A stretch of 63,397 nt of DNA, the filler included, from Octopus bimaculoides (Eukaryota), in the NCBI RefSeq assembly GCF_001194135.2. It is 6 parts of 6 records of this genome, joined end to end, with 100 filler letters (N's around TTAATTAATTAA, not from the genome) between each part and the next. Parts side by side here need not be neighbours in the genome. Positions count along the whole stretch, not along the records: positions 49,808 to 62,134 come from NC_068982.1; positions 62,235 to 63,397 come from NW_026392523.1; 4 more parts are not named here. One strand, given 5' to 3'. The position numbers and the translations under genes are program-made. The notes under the pieces are model-generated. The model ran no database searches. It was given only the letters and a program-made list of their open reading frames with translations, and was not told where the DNA came from. Within the stretch, counting starts at the first letter, position 1; each line of letters opens with the position of its first letter. Positions 52,610-63,397 of the stretch are shown piece by piece.

Positions 52610-54198
52610 GTCAGTTATTATATTTCATTATATTTAGCTTGTAACTCATTATATTTATGAATGAACAATGTATGGGTGAAGTTAGAGAATCTGTAGAGCA
52701 GCAGGCAAAACATCGTTCGGTATTTGGCCACTAAGGTCAACTTTACTTATCATACTTCCAATAAAATCCTGGAATCGATATATAAATATATAAATACATT
52801 TCCCAAACATTTTGGGGAAATGTATAGCTAATTATAACGATTAAAATGGCCTATGTTCGAAATTATTATAGTTATGAAAAGATGAACTGACAGAATCGTT
52901 ACTGCGCCGGACAAAATGCTTGGCAGCATTTCTTCCGGTTCCTTACGTCTTGAGTTCAAATGCCACCGAGTTTGACTTTGCCTTTTATCCTTTTGGCGTC
53001 GATAAAATAAGTACCAGTTGAGCACTGGCGTCGATGTAATCGGTTTCCCATTCTCTTTTCTTCGAATTTGCTGGCCTTATGGCAAAAAATGGAAAGGAAT
53101 ATATGTGTGAAAAGGTGAGCTCTGTAAAAGTAAAAGATAGATTTCTTATACGTTCTATTCGAAGATCAATTCTGATCACGAATTGCTTTATATTTCTTCT
53201 TCCTTACGTGATTATTGCTATTGGCCAAGGAAAATGAATGACTTTCATGTCTTCCATGTTTCCCTTCTCTATAAACATTTGTTTCATACTTTCAAAAACT
53301 TCATCCCATTATAATTCCCAATGACACCATAACAAGAGAACTGTATGTTTCATTAATTAGATATGTTACCAAAAATGACCACTATTTAGAAGTAATACCA
53401 ATGGCCAGTAGATGAGGCGTTGTCCTCTTATTGCAAGAGTTGTGGGTTCGTTTTCCCATGCAAAAACTGATTCACCTTTAGACAAATCACAAAAATATCA
53501 CCACTTTTAAGGCTTTTTACCAACGATTCCTATATACAAATCGACTGCTAGAATGCCATTGAAACTTTGTTTCTTTGCCTGGCATAAGCAAAATCTGGCA
53601 GAGCCCATCTTTTACTAGGCTTTTCCCGTCATAGAGACTAGAACTCAACACATCAAAATTAAAATAAGAATTGACTCGTTAACTACACAATAACGCTTCA
53701 GCTTGTCTTCATAATGGTGCGAATTATGTAAAAATTTACTAAACCCGCAATCTATAAATTCTTTTTATCTCTAGATACTGTTCAGTGTCTCTAACAGTGT
53801 TTCACATCGATCCTTTGGCTCATAATTTATATCGAAAAATCTACCCGCTGCTCTATATTAAAGAGAGTAGTGGACGAGAGAAAAAATATATCTGTGATGA
53901 GTCATCGAACTAAGTTTAGTAATTGACCATATTAAAATCGATTATTCATAGATGGTTGTAATGATTACATACACAGGCTTTGAGGTCTTTACTCTGTAGG
54001 TGTTGCAGAAAATAATATCCGCCATTTATGTTTCTCAATATCATTGGTTTATCAGTATTAATGATGTGAAGAGGCTACGACTATAAATCGAAACTCAATC
54101 AGAGATGCGACCTGCCGGAACTTGACTGCGCTATCTTTTTTCTCATATAGCGCATTATTGCAATACATTCGAGATTTAATTCCATTTTTTTTTAACAG

Positions 54199-54261
54199 GT
54201 TGGTCAAGCCAGACGAAATGTTCTTCTTGAAAGACAAGACAAGACACTTCAAAAATTGCAG
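54199..54261 (+). CDS. Gene B exon (VGQARRNVLLERQDKTLQKLQ)
   Basis: tttttttaacag|GTT...CAG|gtaggt, 63 nt, phase 0 to 0. Confidence 0.85.
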
Positions 54262-55042
54262 GTAGGTTCATTCTCCAAAACTAATAAAATATTTGATGAG
54301 TTTAATGGTATAGTGGCAGACTCAGTAAAATGTATCTGAATGCCCTGGAATATTTAGTTATGTTGCTTTGCATACTCACTTCAAATCCCGCCCGAGACAG
54401 CTTTTTCTGTTAACCACCTGGGTTGATTTTGTAGATCAACCCTGACAGAGAAAACCTATCATCAAAAACGTGCCGATCATAATCGAACAAGTTTTTTCTA
54501 ATAGCGTATCTATAACCATATTATGTTATGTGTCCTTCCTTTTCAAGATGGTAGTGTGTGATTTGTTATTTCTAACAAACAAATGACTGCGAAGAGGATC
54601 CCACGGTGACTCATCCATCTGAGATGGTACTAGCCAAGTACTGATAACAACAAGATTTTGCTACAAATGTTCAAGATGAAAGTTAACAATGTCGATCTCA
54701 CATGTCCTATGGGCCTTGACAGGGGCATGGGCTCAGTTACATTCTTCTGGCCAATTCCCTTAAGAAATTAGAATAATAACGCTTCTCTTACAAATTAATA
54801 GCGTCTCAGAAACTAAAATGAATAAAGCATTAGAAATGTTAGAGAAGTAAATATTAGGCACATCAGCATTAAGTTTATTTACCCAAAAGCTTTGAGCTAA
54901 GACTTCGACTTCAGTCAAGCCTAACATTTCAGTTCTCATTACACATCCATTAATTCTAATACGAGCCAACGAGAAAGCCCCTTCTTGGTTGTTTAACCTA
55001 CAGGAAATAGCAATCAAATAAAATTCATATCACACACACACG

Positions 55043-55103
<61 letters not shown>

Positions 55104-55635
55104 TCAAAAAGAGTGGACACATTTGATAATAGTCTTAAATAACCTTTAAAAAGTAGAATGATCAGTTTGAATACATTTAAACATACAAGTTTGGTCGATA
55201 AGCTTTTACTTGAGACTAAACAACAACTGGTAAATCCCAACCATTGTTGCACACACTCTGAGTGTCCTGGTTTACTTGGCATGTTTTTGTTTGTTTTTCT
55301 GTTTTCTCTCCTTTCCATCGCAACAAAAAGGCGGCAAAATCATATCATTTGGGGTATAATTTCTCCCCAGTGACTAATTATATGCTGGCACTACACTGTC
55401 TAACACTTTGAAACGATTTATCCCTTTAGACTACTTGACGTACAGTTTTGGAAAATCTCCAGTTTTAAGCATCTTTTCTGGCATGTAAACCTGGCACGAA
55501 CTACAATCATGTATCGCTGTGCAACGTCCTTCTTCCACAATCTCCAAGCCTGTCTTTTTATCTCTGATTTAATCATTATTCTACTGTTATGATACATTTG
55601 AGTATTAGCCTAAACTCAAGTCACATGCCTACAAT

Positions 55636-55702
<67 letters not shown>

Positions 55703-55904
55703 NNNNNNNNNNNNNNNNNNNNNNNNNNNNNNNNNNNNNNNNNNNNNNNNNNNNNNNNNNNNNNNNNNNNNNNNNNNNNNNNNNNNNNNNNNNNNNNNNN
55801 NNNNNNNNNNNNNNNNNNNNNNNNNNNNNNNNNNNNNNNNNNNNNNNNNNNNNNNNNNNNNNNNNNNNNNNNNNNNNNNNNNNNNNNNNNNNNNNNNNNN
55901 NNNN

Positions 55905-55953
<49 letters not shown>

Positions 55954-56704
55954 TGTGCATTTAAACACATAAGAAGTAACCATCATAGGATACCTGGCAC
56001 GCTAGAAGGAATAGCCAAAATCCAAACCACTATTAGCGATAAATTTCGAAGGGAATGGAAAATAAAAACATTTACCATCTATCTCCTGGACCATGGTTTC
56101 TGACTCTATATTAGCAAATAAGATAATTTGCTAGGCAGAGTCACGTATGACTGTGACAGGTAAACGATATATGATAACAAGATAACAAGAAAAATATTTC
56201 TTGCCACTTGTTCAAGATAATTATTATACAGGCAATAATTTAAACTTCTCGATTGTACACAAGTTGTGATTGCTGCGGTGGCTGCGTATACTTACACCTG
56301 TATGGCTTTTATTTGATTATTGGGTTGTCTACCCCTGTTCTTTATGTACACAATGTGTTTTGACAATGATATGGAGATACTTTTGTTTCTACCTCTGCCC
56401 AAATGGGAGGTTGCATATATCTGAACTTGAGCCAGTTATCTTGTAAGCTTTATGTATATATTTTTCATGCCATCAATGACTTCTTCATCGGCTCTGTACA
56501 CTAGTTAGATGAAAAAGTACTTTTTATTAATATATTTTTATCTTTTATATTTCTACCACTGCATTCGGGTCAGGACGATTTAGTGGTATTTCTGGATATT
56601 TTGTGCTTATAAATTGCTTAAGCAAATCTAGCTAGCTTTGAGAAAATTATTATTAAAATGATTATATCGCCCCACTTCAAATTTACACACAAACAAACAC
56701 ACAC

Positions 56705-56779
<75 letters not shown>

Positions 56780-56790
<11 letters not shown>

Positions 56791-57500
56791 ACAATGAGCA
56801 ATAAAAAGAACTCGCATGAGATGCAAAGTTTTACGAATAAGGTTTTAGCTTAAAGCTTTAATGGAAAGAGAATGTCTTGACATTTCGGATTTTGATCCTT
56901 CATCAGAAGAAACAAAAGAGAGAAGTATGAAGAGAATGAAAATCACAAATAGTCTGAAAACAGCGAAGGCTTAGAAACCAGGTGTGAACGCTGATGGACG
57001 AGGGAGCTAAGAAGGGAAGAAGAGGCAGGTACGAAGATGCAAATGTAATAGTGTACCTTTGTGTGGAAGTAAGCATAAGAGGCGAGTGAGGTATGTGTTT
57101 TAGTGATGTATATTATGTGCGTAGAGGTGTGCAAATGTGGTAGTGGAAGTATAGTGATATTGGTTAGCGGTATGTGTGGTGTTGGTTTGATATGGAAGCG
57201 TGTAGGTTAAGAAATGAGAGCAGCTGCGAGTGTGAGGGAATAAAGATATTGGAGAAGCACGTGGGATGTCAAGAGCAACGGTGTGTGGGTGGGGGTGCGC
57301 GCGCGTAAAAGAGAGAATGGAAGAAAAGGATTGAGAGAAGTCGAATAAACAGTGGATATACGAATGGATTCGTACATGGCTAGATGTTGGCTGAGTATAA
57401 ATAGAAATGAGTGAGTATAAAAAGGAATAATGAGAAGAGAGAGAGAGAGAGAAAGAGGGAGCTATAAATAAAAGTGTAGAAAGGGATACGGATTTCACTG
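56780..57500 (-). mobile_element. Degenerate Penelope-like 3' region with hammerhead motif
   Basis: A pyrimidine/CA-rich minus strand leads into tctt-CTGATGA-A-GGAT-CAAA-ATCC-GAAA-T-GTC-aaga. Confidence 0.5.
56875..56910 (-). ncRNA. Minimal type I hammerhead ribozyme motif
   Basis: Intact CUGAUGA and GAAA cores, stem II GGAU/AUCC with a CAAA loop, stem I UCUU/AAGA and a GUC cleavage triplet. Stem III is minimal, with the expected C15.2 read as U. Confidence 0.7.
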
Positions 57501-57597
57501 TATTGATTAACTAAGCAACTCAATGATTTTAGTTTTATATATCCAGTTTTCTTCTAACTTTCTTACTTTTCCTCTCCAAATTTGTCATGTTGTGCAG

Positions 57598-57770
57598 GAG
57601 AAACTTGGAGAACGTGTAATTAACAAACAAACCCCACAAAATCGTGTGAACCATCTGGTGCAACAGCATCAGAACAATTTGATGCAGCTGGAGGAGAAGC
57701 ATAAAGCAACCAGAGAACATAACGAAAAACATCTGCAGGAGAAAATCCAACAGAAACATATTCAGAAGAA
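57598..57770 (+). CDS. Gene B exon (EKLGERVINKQTPQNRVNHLVQQHQNNLMQLEEKHKATREHNEKHLQEKIQQKHIQK)
   Basis: Polypyrimidine tract then tgtgcag|GAG, donor AAGAA|gtaatg, 173 nt, phase 0 to 2. Confidence 0.85.
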
Positions 57771-60338
57771 GTAATGCTTTCTTACAACCTCTGTTTATGA
57801 TATCATCCTATTTCAATTTAATATTTAGTTGTGTTTATATCGTCCACTTTGATCCAACCAGCCTTGATCAACGATGTTCTACCTTCGTCCATCCTGATTT
57901 TTTTAGAGCATGATATATCAAGTACTATATTTTTAAAGAAGGTGTGGCATAACTGGAGAAAAGTTTAGATGCTATTTCTAGCAGGTTGATGTCCATGTAT
58001 GAATTCTCTCGTTTATGGCCCAAAAGGCTCCAATAGTCGACCACTTATTATTTAGTCAAAGATGAGGAAACAAGAGGAACAATCTACATAGACGGATGGA
58101 ACTAACTGGAGGTGTTTAGTGCAGTATACTTTCCTAACCAATTTTCAAGTTTCTTATCTGTAGTGGTTGTAGTTGTAAAATTTAACAGATCAATTTATAT
58201 GGAGTAACTTGGTGCAGTTAGTGCAACTGATGTTTCATTTAAATCGGTGTTTATCCGAGAGCTTGAAACAAAGTTCGAAATACCTTTACTATTTAGTCTG
58301 AGAAAGATGGGCAGTAGTACGCACAGCCTTTCCAAGCCTTTTAAGACAAGTGAGATCGATATAGTTGCTGCATAAATTTAAAACTGCTTTAAGGTCGATA
58401 ATATTGAGGAAAATATGAGCATAAAATGCTGAAGTTTTAATGACGAATATTAACCCAAGTATTTATTGCGACTTTCCATAAGTGAGGTACAATAGGAAAG
58501 GCTTCGGTAGTGATCTAAAGATCAAAGAGAAAAGAAACATCCTGGTGGTAAACTAATAAACAGAGTGTGTTGGAGAGTGAAAGTTTGCTTATCAGTCACT
58601 GGAGCAAGTATTTTTCACATATTTCCAGTCTATATCTAATTTATTTAATCTTACAATTAGGAGAGATGTTTATCTTCCATACAGGCAAACATAATGACCA
58701 TATGGTTGCTGAAATCAATATCTAATGTTTTATGTAATGAAATTGTGTATGTAGGAAGTCCTTATCACTTTGATAACAACTTGACAGAAAGATTTTTAAA
58801 AATTACGAAGTTTGACCAAACTCATGTTTATAGGTAGAATATGCATGATGTAAAGTCCTTGTCCAGAGGAGTAGCACAGTAATTTATGATTCTGAGTTCA
58901 AATACAGCCAAAGTTAATAAGGTTTCTTTAACTAGATGCTACACCTCCATAGGACGTCAGGGTAATCAGATGAGTTAATGTTTATAGAATGTCGAACTTG
59001 ATCTCTTTTTGTTTAGTAGATCACATCTCAACAGAAATTTAAATAGAAACAGCTCTGAGTACAAAAGAGTTTAACATGACATTTTGGGATGGAAAGAATA
59101 GTTGAGAACGCGAAAAGGAGAAGAGTGCTGTAGTGTGAATATTATGTTCAGTATCAAGTATTGAAATGGCTGCGCGTATATTAGAAGAATTGTTACAAAG
59201 AAGAAGAAATTTAAGAACTATATATTTACTACATAAAAATATATTTTTTCATTGGTTGTCGATGAAACATAATCAAAATGTAGAATCAAGTTGAATGAAG
59301 TAATCTATGCAAGAAAGTTCAGAAATGTAGAAATAAAGCTAAGTAGTGGTTTTCAGTCATGTAGCATAGAGAAATAGATAGGTATAGCAACGACGTGAAT
59401 GGCTCAGAGTCAAGTCGACTAAGAAGCAAAGAGCAGAGCAAGCAAGCTGTTTTTATTAATGGAACGCTACACATTCTAGAAACTTCCAAGGGAAACGCGA
59501 AGCTTCTTGAATAAGTAAGAATTACTTCTCCTGACGTAGGTGTTTCGAGAAACTTATTAAAGGGAGATTACTCTAAAACTTTCTGCAAGATAGGTCATTC
59601 AACTATTTTAGCTACAGACCACAAACTACTACAGTACTCACCTAAAAAGGGGTGGAGGATAATTTTGTAAAGTTCAGAACAGCGGATACTATCCAAGTAA
59701 TTGATTAAAAAAATAGCAAGAGAGGACAAGACTTATTAATAAGTCAGTGGCTGGGGAGTATAAAAATAAAGGAGATTTGGTCTTATTATATTACTCGATG
59801 AAGTATCTGAAAGTAGGATAAGCAACCAAAAGAAAAACTAGATCTGTTAACATGGATCTGAATGCCAAATAACTTTGAATGATAAACAGAGTATTCGCAT
59901 GCCATAGATTTGGTCAATATTGCTCACTGGAGACAATTCAACAACAACAATAGCAGCAACAATAATAACATCAATAAAACGAGTCCATGCTGGAGCTTCA
60001 ATTTGGTCGCTTTACCTACTAGCAAAAAATCAAATTGTGGGTAAATTATTGTCTTTATAAAAAGCAAGTACATATTATATAAATGTAAGTCTACGTACAC
60101 TGAAAAATGTGGAGGTCACTGCTAGAATGTCTTTGGTCATAAGTTTGCTTAATCTAGGCTGTATTAGGACTAAGCAATAATAAAAACAACAACAATTTAG
60201 AGCCTTGACGATATTTCCAAATTATATTCTTCAATATTTATTACGATTTTCTTTTCCTCTTTTACTTCTTTATTTATATTTAATCATTTATATTTTCTAA
60301 ATCATATTAATATATTTCTTTCTGAATTTTATTAAAAG

Positions 60339-60401
60339 ACAAATGGAGGATAAAATGGCTGAAGAAAATTCTAAGGAATTACAGAAAGAAAGAGGAGTTC
60401 G
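60339..60401 (+). CDS. Gene B exon (KQMEDKMAEENSKELQKERGVR); gene continues beyond
   Basis: tttattaaaag|A CAA...TTCG|gtaaga, 63 nt, phase 2 to 2. Confidence 0.8.
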
Positions 60402-61410
60402 GTAAGAATAGTAAATCACTTCTTAACAAAGTAGACTATGAATAGTGCATGTCATCATGAAAGTAAAGAAATGTTCCTGCTTTAAGCTAATTCATTATAC
60501 TTGCGCTACCATTTCCTATGAAAAAGCATGAATGTTACAAACCTTTATATATAACCATGGAAACTAAGAATTAAAATATTTTCAAATGTTGTTAGCACAT
60601 CGAATAAAATATCTTACCGTATACAGAGTTCAAATCTCATGAAGGCCAACTTTGCTTTTTATCCATTTTTCGATCGATAGAAGCAGCAATCAATTAATAC
60701 TGATACTTCCCAGCTTCTTCAAATAGAAAAAGAAAAAAACAGAGTCTACTGCTGAGAACACCAAGTCAATATTCATCGACCCCGAGAGGATTAAAGGCAA
60801 ACTCGGCCTCGGCGGAATTTGAACTTGTGATTTGAAGATGGATGATAATGTAAACACAAATAGCCGTAATATTCCTAGGTCGACTAATCAACTAATATTG
60901 ATACTTCCTAGCCCCTTCTTCAAAATAAAGAAAGGGTCAACAGTTGAGGATGTCAAGTCAATATTCATAGAACTACTTACGATTTAAAGGTGGATGATGA
61001 TGTAAACACGATTCCCAGGGACAGCTATCTAAGGTACAATTAGCTTTGAAAGTCAATGATGGAACAACGTCAGAGAAATCTTATAACTAATAGGATATAT
61101 GATGTGCCCATCACCATAGGTGAGCCATGTTAACAGAAGAGTACAATACACAGTGCCGAGAAGTTCCCATTAGCAGAAATCAGGAATCACTTGTAACAAA
61201 AAGAAATTCAATTGAAGGCCGATAGCAATGTTTTCTTTAAGTAATTGCTGAGCTAAAATGAGTAAATAGCTAATATGTTAAACTACCAGTGAGTCATTAG
61301 AGAAATAAGATGATTTGTAATAATTTACAAAATCTTTAATCATATATGGTAACAAACTGATCCAAAAAATATAATCTGATATGTCCTAAACTGTACCATA
61401 ACTCTGGCCA

Positions 61411-61451
<41 letters not shown>

Positions 61452-62899
61452 GCATACACATGCACACACACATACACACACACGTCGTGCACACATACAA
61501 CTACACACAAACAAGCCACACACACACAACTATATGCACGCTCGCACACCACTGATGGTGAAGTGAGTGTCTTGGCCCATGAATGAACTTAAATACGGCA
61601 CATCTTGACTGACAAACTTATGGCCAGTCCCTCAATAATATCTATGCTATATGTCTAATCAAGCAGAGCTGACCAAAGCGTACACACAAAGGCAGTAACA
61701 GCTATTACTCATCGGTCAGCTACATGTAAAGATATTTTAAAGCAAATATTGCACGGAGAAATTACTCAGACACGCCAATAGATAAGTTTATTTTAACATA
61801 TATGCACAGGCGTAGCTGTGTGGTAGGAAGCTTGCTTCCCAACCACTTGGTTCCGGGTTCAGTCCTATGGCGTGGCACTTCTACTATAGCCTCAGGCCGA
61901 CGAACACGTAAAAGACGTTTTCATTTTTCATTTTCCCGGGTGTCAAACTAATACACCTGCTTGTTGTTCATACACCTGTCTTCATCTTTTGTTTTTCTAT
62001 AAATTTCATCTATATATACGTGTGTGTGTGTGTGTTTCTGTTTGTTCCCCAGTACCGCTTGACAACCGGTGATCGTGAGTTTACGTCCGCATAACTTAGC
62101 GGTTCGGCAAAATAGACCGTTAGAATGAGTACCANNNNNNNNNNNNNNNNNNNNNNNNNNNNNNNNNNNNNNNNNNNNTTAATTAATTAANNNNNNNNNN
62201 NNNNNNNNNNNNNNNNNNNNNNNNNNNNNNNNNNACAACAACAAAACAACACCAAGAAACGACGTAGATAACAACGACAGAAGCGAACCAAGAAGCCCAT
62301 TCTTAGTCTCTTGTACTACTTGAAATAGCAACAAAATCTCATAAAATCGCATTATATCATCTTTAAGTGAGATGAACATATTGGACAACGCGACTGTAGG
62401 GTGCGTTGAATATATTGTCGTCTAAATTACGCAAAAAGGAAAAATAACACCGACATCTCATTTTAACAGATATATTTGTTGTTGACACTCCGTCGCTTAC
62501 GACGACGAGGGTTCCAGTTGATCCGATCAACGGAACAGCCTGCTCGTGAAATTAACGTGCAAGTGGCTGAGCACTCCACAGACACGTGTACCCTTAACGT
62601 AGTTCTCGGGGACATTCAGCGTGACACAGAGTGTGACAAGGCCGGCCCTTTGAACAACAGGCACAACAAAAACAGGAAGTAAGAGTGAGAGAAAGTTGTG
62701 GTGGAAGAGTACAGCAGGGTTCACCACCATCCACTGCCGGAGCCTCGTGGAGCTTTAGGTGTTTTCGCTCAATAAACACTCACAACGCCCGGTCTGGGAA
62801 TCGAAACAGCGATCCTATGACCGCGAGTCCGCTGCCCTAACCACTGGCCCATTGCGCCTCCACTACAGATATATTTACCAAAATTACATAGAAATATAC

Positions 62900-63397
62900 T
62901 GAAATACTAAAGAGTAAATTTATGCCATCTTCCGGACGGTCTCCTTGTTTAAGTTGGTGAATGCTGCCATAATCCTTGCCTTCAGTTCATCTTTGGTATT
63001 ACAAGGAGTTTTGTTGATCTCTCTCTCAACTGTGCCCCACACATAGTAATCAAGGGGGCTGCAGTCTGGAAAGTTAGGTGGCCAGATGTTAGGAGTGGTT
63101 GGATATTTGATTTTTATCACTATCGGTACATATCCTTAGGTTGCACTGTCCTCAGATTGACACCCAAACACTCTGAAATGCTCGTAGTGGAGCTTTCGGT
63201 ACGAATGCCAAGCAGTACGGTATGTTGTTTCCAAATTTCTGGCAGAGTGAATTGCATCATCTTACTGTTTTTCTCTCAGACGGTGCGCAACTAACCCTAC
63301 TACACCGTGTAGTCGACAAAATTACAAAAAAGAGACAATGTGCATGCGTGAAATGAAAATATAAAATGGCGACAATTTACCCATCGCAATTTGTATA
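62900..63397 (-). mobile_element. Internally deleted Tc1/mariner element
   Basis: 5' end at the window edge (tatacaaattgcgatggg), an HTH-like N-terminus (MMQFTLPEIWKQHTVLLGIR..ISECLGVNLRTVQ) joined to a C-terminus WPPNFPDCSPLDYYVWGTVERE. Confidence 0.8.

Noticed and set aside
57771-57774. Stop codon ending gene B as in ORF 57523-57774
   Set aside because: The TAA overlaps a gtaatg donor whose phase 2 matches the exon at 60339. It could at most be an alternative end.
61094-61119. 26-nt micro-exon (IYDVPITI) continuing gene B
   Set aside because: It has a gtgagc donor and the correct phase, but it is too short with a weak acceptor to support from sequence alone.

Overview
AT-rich, repeat-dense animal genomic DNA from a gapped draft assembly. 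The SINE/LINE repertoire and (CA)n/(TA)n/(AAT)n/(CAT)n load look cephalopod (Octopus-like); this is recognition from memory, not a database result. No prokaryotic features (no operons, CRISPR or rRNA). Two spliced genes can be rebuilt from GT-AG sites and phase continuity. Gene A is on the minus strand (~20.3 kb to 1.3 kb) and encodes an unrecognised acidic, probably disordered protein of ~210 aa ending in CTCSMCCPV*. Gene B is on the plus strand (at least 50.1-60.4 kb, probably from 47.5 kb or earlier, running past its last recognised exon) and encodes a long coiled-coil protein. A candidate two-exon 61-aa, 8-Cys peptide gene lies at 24.8-26.0 kb (minus). The rest is mostly mobile DNA: RLE-type (R4/Dong-like) LINEs in (TAA)n tracts, RTE LINE 3' ends with (GAT)n tails, Penelope-like remnants carrying minimal hammerhead-ribozyme motifs, several tRNA-derived SINE families, DDD-type Tc1/mariner relics and MITEs. 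Most long ORFs in the supplied track are microsatellite or N-gap artefacts. I found no clearly new biological system. The best leads are the hammerhead motifs, the unnamed genes and a CpG-depletion boundary at ~20 kb.
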